In this document: positions 55,480 to 64,000 of the stretch, piece by piece
How positions within the stretch are numbered: the first letter of the stretch is position 1
How the letters are laid out: each line of letters opens with the position of its first letter
Assembly: GCA_964016885.1 (NCBI GenBank)
Contig: OZ024743.1
Span: 362,576,001 to 362,640,000 of the forward strand
Length of the DNA: 64,000 nt
DNA from: Eledone cirrhosa
Lineage: Eukaryota
Reading direction: 5' to 3'
Made by a program: the position numbers and the translations under genes
The notes under the pieces: model-generated
Seen by the model: only the letters and a program-made list of their open reading frames with translations
Told to the model about the DNA's origin: nothing
Databases searched by the model: none

Positions 55480-56685
55480 GGGCAATGTGATCGGTGGAAA
55501 CTCCACCTTGGCGTTCTATAGAGCATTAGTGGAGGGGAAGAGCGACGACGTACTTCTAGGCGTCGACAATAATCAACTAACCAATCTCTTCGGAAGAACT
55601 TTCGGGCCGGGGACTATGGACAATTTCCAGAAATCCCTGGCCTGGCAGTGCTACCGAGGAGCTTTTCCAGTTCGGGATAAACTCTACAGGCACAGAAGTT
55701 CCGTCAGCCGGGCATGTCCGAGATGCGCACAGGGCGACGAAACCGTCCTGCATACACTCGTCCAGTGTCCGAGCATTGCTGACTTGTGGGTTTATGTCGA
55801 ACACCTTGGCGTTCTATAGACGGCTAGTGTGGGAAAGAGCGACGACGTCCTAGGGGAGACTCTGGGCGTTGACAAAGATCAACTAGCCAATCTCTTCGAG
55901 AGAACTTTCAGGTCGGGGCCCATGGACATCTTCCAGAAATCCCTGGCCTGGCAGTGCTACCAGGGAGCTTTACCGTTTCAGGATAAACTCTACAAGCAAG
56001 GAAGTGCTGTCAGCTGGGCCTGTTCGAGGGCGACGAAACCGTCCTGTACGCACTCGTCCAGTGTCCGAGCATTGCTGACTTGTGCGTTTATGTCGAACAC
56101 CTGCTGTCACGTGGGTCGGATCCGGCTATCAGCTCAGTCCATCGTGAGGATTTCCCCACCGCCTTCCTTTATCCGGGAAGAGCAGGCAGCTTTTATCTGC
56201 CTGGTGGCCATGGCGAAAGAGGTCGTGTGGTGGATGCGTTTGAAAGGGCTGAAGACGAGTACTTACCTCTTCAGTGATGCCCTGATTAACTTTTTCAAAT
56301 TGCTTTTGAAAAGGAAAATCAGGGTGGAAAAAGGAAGTGCTCTCTTCCCAGCAATTTGTTGAAAGATGGGTGAAAGAGGCAAGCATAGCCCGCGTGAATG
56401 GGCCTGCTCTGAGTATGCGCATGTAGATAGGAAGTGGAGAACTGGGAGAGGGCACTTGCCCTGTTGGTCAGGGTCACCGTGGCTTTTTTAATGGGCTTTC
56501 TCCACGAGTGTCTCTCGAAAGTCTCCCCTCTCTTGGGGAATATTCCTTTGTTTCTTTTTAATGTCATTTACTTTGTTTTTGTTTTTTCTTTACACGCAGA
56601 AATGCCGATTTGTACCGTCCTGTACTGTCTTGTGCTGTCCTTAATGTTATACTTTATGTCAACCTTTGCGGTTAATAAAGAAACC
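55480..56685 (+). mobile_element. Two joined 3' fragments of Tx1 family A
   Basis: 55480-55805 and about 55803-56685 repeat the ORF2 C-terminal region of 46553-47356; ends AATAAAGAAACC(ATT)n. Confidence 0.9.
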
Positions 56686-56717
56686 ATTATTATTATAATT
56701 ATAATTATTATTATTAT

Positions 56718-56923
56718 TTGGCAGTATCGGTAGAGGGTCGGACGCCATTCTTTGCAGCAAGAGTAACGGCCCTTTACGGTTTGAATTCAAATCCCGCCGA
56801 GGTTAACTTTGCCTTTCATCCTTACCGGGTCGATAAAATAAAGCACCTGTAACGTACTGGGGTCGATTTAATCGACTTTCTTCTCCCCGCTAAATTACTG
56901 GCCTTGTGCCTATACTAGAAATC
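56718..56923 (+). mobile_element. S1 SINE (long variant) in the Tx1 tail
   Basis: A and B boxes, S1 body; tail TATACTAGAAATCATTA duplicated. Confidence 0.9.
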
Positions 56924-56949
56924 ATTATTATACTAGAAATCATTAGTAT

Positions 56950-57570
56950 TTTATTAAACCAGTCAGGCTTTTGAAATATTTAGATAAGGAAACATTCTGG
57001 CCCTTGTTTGTCATTTAGTTGACAGTACTTTTCGGAGGATATGAGCAGTACCTAAAAGCACCGAATACTGGTGTATATTTATTTTGTACTTAACATCTAG
57101 CATTTTCAAATCGCTGTGAATTTCTTTTGGTATTGATCTAAGTACTTCTATAATTGTCCAGCTTCTCAACTCGCTTTAATTTCAAATTGCTATCATCTGA
57201 GCATGCCGCATCAATAACAGAGCATTTACGTATTATTATTTTCTCAACAACTATGTAGATCCTCCGATAAGTGATTTCTGTCTACTTGTATGCAAACATC
57301 CCATACGATTTGTTAGTATTTTTCTTGCCATACTTCTTGCGTTGCAACTAGTTCAGGTTAAGACATGCTTTTTTTATACTCGTTCTGGGTCCCACACTAT
57401 ACCCGTCAACTATATGCAAGACGTTCTCAACATGCTCTCCACACAATCTACACCTGTTAGAGACTGCCATCATATAAATATCTCTTTTGATCGAAAGTTT
57501 ATACTTGAGCAGCCATAATTAGGCTTCGTCTCTCTTTTTTTAAGTTCTCCTTATTCAGTAATTTCTAAGA
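56950..57570 (-). mobile_element. Old R4/Dong endonuclease-domain remnant
   Basis: Minus strand CRLCGEHVENVLHIV..DVCIQVDR..CSVIDAACSDD..EKLDNY. Confidence 0.7.
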
Positions 57571-57699
57571 CTATTTAGGTTTTGCAGTTCTGGTTTCCCA
57601 AGCAATACATTACTTTCAATTTCATTGATCTTTTCTTTTTCCACTCCCACTTTATATTCTTCTTTTCCCTCAATAGTTTCACACTAATAATTTTTATTA

Positions 57700-59635
57700 G
57701 GGAGGGAGAGTCTAGCGAAAAATACCTGCCCTCAGCAGATGAAGTGGCATATATGCTGAGCCAGTGTATGAAGGACAAAGCGCCAGGACTGGATGATCTA
57801 CTCTATGAATTCTACTCTTACATGCCAGACATGTTCGCTACAGTTTTGCAGCAGACTGGGAACAACCCCAGTCGTGTAAGCCGGGCGTAATGAAACTATT
57901 AAGAAAGGTCCGAACAAGAGTTCCTTGATAGAAAAACTTCATGCCCTTAACCAAACTGAACACAAAGCTGAAGGTATTGGCAAAGTGGTTGGCCCTTGTC
58001 ATTGGTAGTATTGTCAGAGGTCCACAGATCTGTGTAATCCCTGGCAGATCTATCGATGATAACGTCTGCTTCATAAAATAGATTGTGGAACGGGTGGGAC
58101 GTAACCACGACTTTTGTGGGACACTGCTCAATTTAGATCAGTCAAATGCATTTGACATAGACCATCGCTAACCGTGAGCTATCCCAAGAGCACCAGGTTT
58201 CGGCCCCGTTTTCAGAAGCTGGATCACCACGTTTCATAGCGACAGCTTTTCGATGGTTAAATTGAACGGCCACTAAGAACCTTTCCATATCGAGCGCTCG
58301 ATACGTCATTGATATCCTATCCCGTTTTTATGTATTAGATTTAGAGCTTTTGCTGTGGAGAATGGACATCTTGAGAGGAGTTCGGCTAGAAATTATTTAG
58401 AGGTGAGTCGAGTCTGCGTATGCAGATGACGTCACAGTTATGATGTCAGACACTTCAGATATAGAAGCAGTTGACGCCATACCGGAAGAATACCAGAAGG
58501 TTACTGGAGCCTCTGTTAACCAGGATGAGGCCTGAAACTCACTACGAGGAGAGGTAGGATCATGCCAGCCAGCGGGCTGTCGGACAGTCGGCTGTCAACT
58601 CGGTCAAAGTGCTTGGAGTTTGGTTTGGACCGGACTTCCAGGCAGGCAAGAAAGAAATGGGGACAGAAAAAGCTGTCCTTCAAAGGCCGGACAGAGGGGG
58701 AAAATTCCTACATTGCTTCGGTGGTATACTACCACCTCTTGGTCGTACTATGTCCAAAAAACGCATTACGAGATTGTAATGCATGCCCTTCCACTTTATG
58801 TGGAAGGTATACGTCCCACTGGTCAGAAAATCAATCTGTTACCAGCATAAACTCCATGGTAACATCGGGATGTCATCGCTTTTGTTGCGTCGACAGGCAT
58901 TACAGCTAACGCTAAGCACCGCAACGACGATGTCAACGAAAGCGAAGCGCAACCAATATGGGTGCCATTCGTGTGAATGTCTTCCCGTAGGTTGTCTTCT
59001 TTACTCAGCTACAGTCGTGGGTCAAGCGCAGACAAAGGTTGAGTAGCTGGAATTTAGAGTTCTGCCAGGCGCTCACGGTACTTTACCAGCTGAGCATACC
59101 GATAGGATGTCAGAAAACAACAATTACGTTATATAGAGGTTTTGTGAAAAGTATGAGCGACGATGGCCTAGTAACAGCTCTGGACAGGCTTTTCTGTAGT
59201 ACATTCCAACTGAGGATCATTTCCCAAATCCTCCACATGACGGCATTAAGGCGGAGTACTTTCAGTTCGAGACAAGCTCTAAAGGAATGGAAATGCCAAT
59301 AGCCGGGATTGTCCGAGATGCATACGAGGCAATGAAACCGTCATGCATGTCATCACCCATTGCCTATTCTTTGCAGAATCGTGGGCTTGTGTCGAACAAC
59401 TGCTATCATGTGTAGGAGAGATCCAGTTATCAGCCGAACCTATAGTGAAAACTGAACCGTCACCTTCCTCTCCAGTTAAGCCCTTATAAATGTCTTCAAG
59501 TTACACTTGAAGAGGTACTGTCTTACACTTGAGAAGGAGGTACTGTCTTCTAGTGTGTTTTATGAAAGATGGTTGAGATCATCGAGATTGACTATTATTT
59601 TCTAAGTAGGAAGAAGGAAACTAGGAGAGGGCATT
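57700..59635 (+). mobile_element. Old, degenerate Tx1-clade ORF2 (RT to 3' end)
   Basis: KAPGLDDLLYEFY, LNLDQSNAFD, AYADDVTV, KLSFKGR, colinear with family A and B ORF2. Confidence 0.85.
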
Positions 59636-59659
59636 TCAATAGTTGTTCCAGCTCTTTAC

Positions 59660-59785
59660 ATTCTGGGTTAAAATCCTGCTGAGATCGACTTTGCCTTCCG
59701 ATGTCCATAAAATAAGTACTAGTCAAATATCATCGACTTACCATTGTACGCCAAATTTTCTGGTCTTGTGCCAGAATTAAAAATC
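59660..59785 (+). mobile_element. Diverged S1-like SINE
   Basis: GACTTTGCCTT..ATAAAATAAGTACTAG..TGGTCTTGTGCC. Confidence 0.65.
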
Positions 59786-60626
59786 AGTCTTCCTAGAGAA
59801 ATTTGGCTGCTCTTGATATATTTTCCCAAATGACTAGCTTTGATTTTTCCATACTATTTTCTTATCCTTCAAACTGTAGGCAACAAAATGTTTCTTCTTA
59901 TATTACTGGTATGCTACATGAAAGGCGCTCCGATGTATAGTGCAGCGCAGAACGTAAATGAAAAAGATCCGATAGGATGTCTATCACAATTAATCGTGAT
60001 GCTCCCGTGCCAATTATTCAAACGATTGCTAAGCGAAGCAGCATGGCAATATACAAAAAAGGCTTTCCCTTATTATAAAATAACATATCTCGGATACTAT
60101 TTGAGATTTTATTTTTTCATTGTTTTATTTTATTAATTTCAAGTTTGAAGTTTTTCTGAACATGCTTTACATTTTCTCTTCTAAAACTGTTTCTCTATCT
60201 TGCTTTATATTTTGCTTAATAAAGGTTTATAATCAGGGAAAGAATTTATGTCCACCCAAGACTTTCGTAAGCACATTGAAATATGTTTCGTCATCGAAAT
60301 TTCTTTAATTGCAAAAAAAAAAAAATGTCACACATTAGTCTAATTGATTGTCATTTACAGAACGCGTGATATATTCATTTATTCGCTTGCAATAATGTGA
60401 TATGTTCATGTATTCATTATTATATATGTAAAATGAAAAAAGCAAATTTTACTCATTTGTAATTTGGAAATTCCTCAATTAAAATCAATGAAACTGACTT
60501 CATGAATTCACCAATTCTGACCGTTTTTTTTTTCAAAATTGTAAAACGAAATTGCAGTAGGAATTTATACTTGTTCAAGAGACAAATATAACTTAATCTA
60601 GAGAGAATTGTATCTTATATTAGACT

Positions 60627-60768
60627 CAGGGCCTATGAGGGGGAGTCCAACCGGTATTTTATTCCGGGGTCCAATAGCTAAGAAGGCCCCACAGCAATCA
60701 TCTAACATCTATTTTCGGGCTCCAAAGGGGTCTTGCACCGCTTTGAAAAATTTCACTTGTGGGCCCTG
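60627..60768. mobile_element. hAT-type MITE
   Basis: TIR CAGGGCC/GGCCCTG with 8-bp TSD-like flanks ATTAGACT/CTTAGACC. Confidence 0.6.
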
Positions 60769-61345
60769 CTTAGACCAATCATTTTTACAACTGGTAATAT
60801 TGTCATGCTTAAGCTCCTGATATATTTGATAATTAGGGTGTGATGTGCCATTCTGAGTTTCTGAATGCATCAACATGTTGCATTTTATTTCACTGCTATT
60901 TACAAAAGTGATAAGCTTTCGAGAAACTAATGCTTCGAAAGGCACACATGATTCAGACGACAGCTACAGCTGGGAGTTGTTGCAATTAGATAGATGAGAA
61001 CAGTTATTTTGACTGGTCTTGGAAAGCTTTCTTCTGGTTTTATAGGTATAGAAGCAGCAATGTATTTGGTGTAGACTTTTTATGATATATATGGTCCACG
61101 CTTATTTATAAAGTTTGGAAAAATCCTACCAACATCTAAATTTGGACTATATCGTATATGATCTAAATTATATGTTTGTGTTTAGGTACTGTTCTGTATA
61201 TAATGCATCATATATATGAAATCACTGCCTTTTAATACGTCATTATGTTAAAGGGTTACAGGGTTAAAGGATACCGAGGTATTGTTGTATAATAATATGA
61301 TTTCTAACCTCCCCCAGTACTCCTACACACAAATATACAGGTATG

Positions 61346-61380
<35 letters not shown>

Positions 61381-61386
<6 letters not shown>

Positions 61387-61875
61387 GTATCCACTGTAAG
61401 TTGTGGGATCTATTCTGTATGAAGAACTCAATGTAATCCATATGTTGAAAATGTTGTAGGTTAAGATAAATCTCAGAAAACAATAAAACATTAAAAGGAA
61501 AACAGAGTCATGATATAAGTTAAAACAATGAAATAAAAAATCAAGTCATTAGAGATATACTTCACTGCTTTACGATCGTTTCTAGATGGTGATAATATAT
61601 TGTATCTATACTCAGCTTTTTATCTATGTAAGTTTACAAACTATCAGATAGAGAGAATATTTACTTACATGCATATCACCAGCTGTTTTCAAAAGCAATC
61701 TTTTGAAAACAGCTGGTGATATGCATGTAAGTAAATATTCTCTCTATCTGATAGTTTGTAAACTTACATAGATAAAACGCTGAGTATAGATACAATATAT
61801 TATCACCATCTAGAAACGATCGTAAAGCAGTGAAGTATATCTCTAATAACTTGATTTTTTATTTCATTGTTTTAA

Positions 61876-61882
<7 letters not shown>
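61381..61882. mobile_element. Asymmetric palindrome of a PLE-like terminal repeat with degenerate hammerhead
   Basis: 61513-61695 mirrors 61700-61882 (loop CAAT); shares GTATGAAGAACTCAATGTA and CTAGAAACGATCGT with the 6.8/13.9-kb element; (TA)n on both sides. Confidence 0.85.
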
Positions 61883-61950
<68 letters not shown>

Positions 61951-62091
61951 GAGAGTATTGAAGTTTGCTTGAAGCATTGTGGAACAATAAGTAAATATCT
62001 TTAAGTCGTTTGGAAGCCTCGACAATGCAAATGGGTAAATCTCCGGGTAACAAGGTCCGGTGGTGGAGAGAGAGATGTAAGTGGGTGTACG

Positions 62092-63501
62092 TTGAGATGC
62101 GTGGTGTGTATAAGGCCCATCGTATCGAGCGTGGAGGGACCACTCTACAAAATTTCATGGCTCCTAGCCAGAATACTCAAACCCATCTTAGACACCTTGC
62201 CGGGACACGTTAACAGCTCCGAGGAGGTGTTGAAGCGCCTGCATCAAATGGATCCCGACACCAGAAGGAATAACAGATATGCCTTCAGCCTTGATCTAGT
62301 CGCTCTCTACACCTCGGTCCCGGCACTCCCGGCCGTCAATATACTAATGGAACGCGTCCAATCCACCGACCTACACTGCTTCGGGCTCACCACCACTGAC
62401 ATCCACCAACTCCTATCCATCGTCGTCGACAACACCTACTTCGGATTCCTTGACCAAATATACCAACAAACCTCGGGATTGCCCATGGGATCAAGCCTAT
62501 CAGGCGTGCTAGCGATCTCTTACATGGACAACCTCGAACGCAAGGCACTCAACGCCTGCCAACCCAACGCCGTAGCCTTTTTCTCAAGGTACGTGGACGA
62601 TATCCTCATCCTCACATCTTCCCAAGACACGGCGAACAGAATCTATGAGACGTTAAACAACACGGACGAGAACATTGACTTCAGTGTTGAACACCCCAAC
62701 GAAGACGGGTCACTTGCCCTCCTCGACTTCCGAATCAACATCACGGAACAGGGAAGGATCCACTGCAACTTCTACCGAAAGGCAGCCTGCAGGGACCTAT
62801 TCGTTCACTACAAGTCCACCCTCCCTAATAGTGCCAAAAGAGGATACATCACGAATGAGATCGCGCGAATCAAAAACAGATGCAGCGATCCCGCGAATGG
62901 TGTCACTCATACCAAGCGATTCCTCGAGGTGCTGGAGACGAACGGGTACCCTACCTCGATCACAGACAGAATAGGAGACACCAGACGCAAGAGACAGAGA
63001 AGCACCCAAGGCAAGTGCTTCCTTAAAATGCCACACCTGGGCGAGAAAACCACCAACGCTATCCGCAAGGCTATACGGAGGGAGGGCCTCGACATCCACC
63101 TGGCCCACTCGGGCCCCTCCCTGCGAAGATGTCTCTCCAGGAAACCCGAAAAATCTACTGACGCATGCTCCCTCAGAGACTGCCCGATACGCCACGCGAA
63201 CTGTTGCCTACGCACATACGTCGTGTATAAGATAGAATGTGACAGGTGCAACCAATACTACATAGGTAGCACAATTCGACCTTTGCACATCCGGATCAAG
63301 GAACACACTAAAACCAGGGCCTCGTCTTTCCGGAAACACATAGACAAATGCGGAAACAAAGACGGAAGGCCCATTGTCACAATTCTAGCGACTGAAAGAA
63401 ACGTCGGCACGTTACGTATCAAGGAAGCGCTTTTTATCAAACGACTGCAACCGCAAATAAACAACCGATCAGAGAGAAGCGAAATGAGATGGCTGGTTTA
63501 A
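62092..63501 (+). CDS. Penelope-like element RT plus GIY-YIG endonuclease, 5'-truncated but uninterrupted
   Basis: RPIVS, SLDLVALYT, GLPMGS, RYVDD, LLDF, YRK; VVYKIECDRCNQYYIGST..RIKEH..EALFI..PQIN; homology begins near 62112. Confidence 0.92.
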   Translation: MRCVVCIRPIVSSVEGPLYKISWLLARILKPILDTLPGHVNSSEEVLKRLHQMDPDTRRNNRYAFSLDLVALYTSVPALPAVNILMERVQSTDLHCFGLTTTDIHQLLSIVVDNTYFGFLDQIYQQTSGLPMGSSLSGVLAISYMDNLERKALNACQPNAVAFFSRYVDDILILTSSQDTANRIYETLNNTDENIDFSVEHPNEDGSLALLDFRINITEQGRIHCNFYRKAACRDLFVHYKSTLPNSAKRGYITNEIARIKNRCSDPANGVTHTKRFLEVLETNGYPTSITDRIGDTRRKRQRSTQGKCFLKMPHLGEKTTNAIRKAIRREGLDIHLAHSGPSLRRCLSRKPEKSTDACSLRDCPIRHANCCLRTYVVYKIECDRCNQYYIGSTIRPLHIRIKEHTKTRASSFRKHIDKCGNKDGRPIVTILATERNVGTLRIKEALFIKRLQPQINNRSERSEMRWLV

Positions 63502-64000
63502 GTTAACAAGCGATGCAACAACACACAACACACGCACACACACACACACGCAAACGAGACAACTACACACACACACGCGCACACACACAGTAGCATTCCA
63601 CCATACGAACATATTACACTGCCAATACAGAGGAACAAGGCAACAACACACGCACACACACACACACACACACTCAAGCGAGACAACAACACACGCACAC
63701 ACACACACAGTGACATTTAACAAACAGGCAGAGAAAGGACTGACAGCTAGCGCCATCCCACTCCCTCATTCGGCCGCTGACCTCTGTACGACCGACCCCA
63801 TTTCACGCGCACGCGCGCTCTGCCGAATACCTCAGATATTCAAAACAACAAACAGCGAAGGACGCGTTCCGGACTTATCCGACAGACAACCTTTTCCCCC
63901 ACCCCGGAAAAAACCCCAGTTGATGGATGTGAATCCGAAATATATAGGGACTATTAAATCTCTCCCAAGGTAACTCTCTCTTGTGTTGTTATTTTTATTT

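Noticed and set aside
62092-63501. Selenocysteine-encoding PLE or telomerase
   Set aside because: No in-frame TGA in the ORF; the GIY-YIG domain identifies a PLE rather than TERT

Overview
AT-rich animal genomic DNA made almost entirely of repeats; no host protein-coding gene is supported. The SINE and LINE families suggest a cephalopod such as octopus, which is an inference. There are two main patterns. (1) 38.0-59.8 kb is a strand-polarised pile-up of retroelements joined mostly through (ATT)n/(TAA)n tracts: Tx1-clade LINEs and a tRNA-derived SINE always on +, R4/Dong-clade LINEs always on -. The SINE and the Tx1 copies share a covarying 3' stem-loop, and solitary SINE copies have TSDs that all start ATTAT, suggesting a target-specific Tx1 LINE/SINE partnership. 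(2) Penelope-like elements (PLEs) and non-coding derivatives carry type I hammerhead ribozyme motifs and sit in (TA)n tracts as asymmetric inverted duplications, from about 0.2 kb up to a 7-kb palindrome. Helitrons, MITEs, other SINEs and microsatellites fill the rest. All coordinates and alignments were read by eye; no database search was run.
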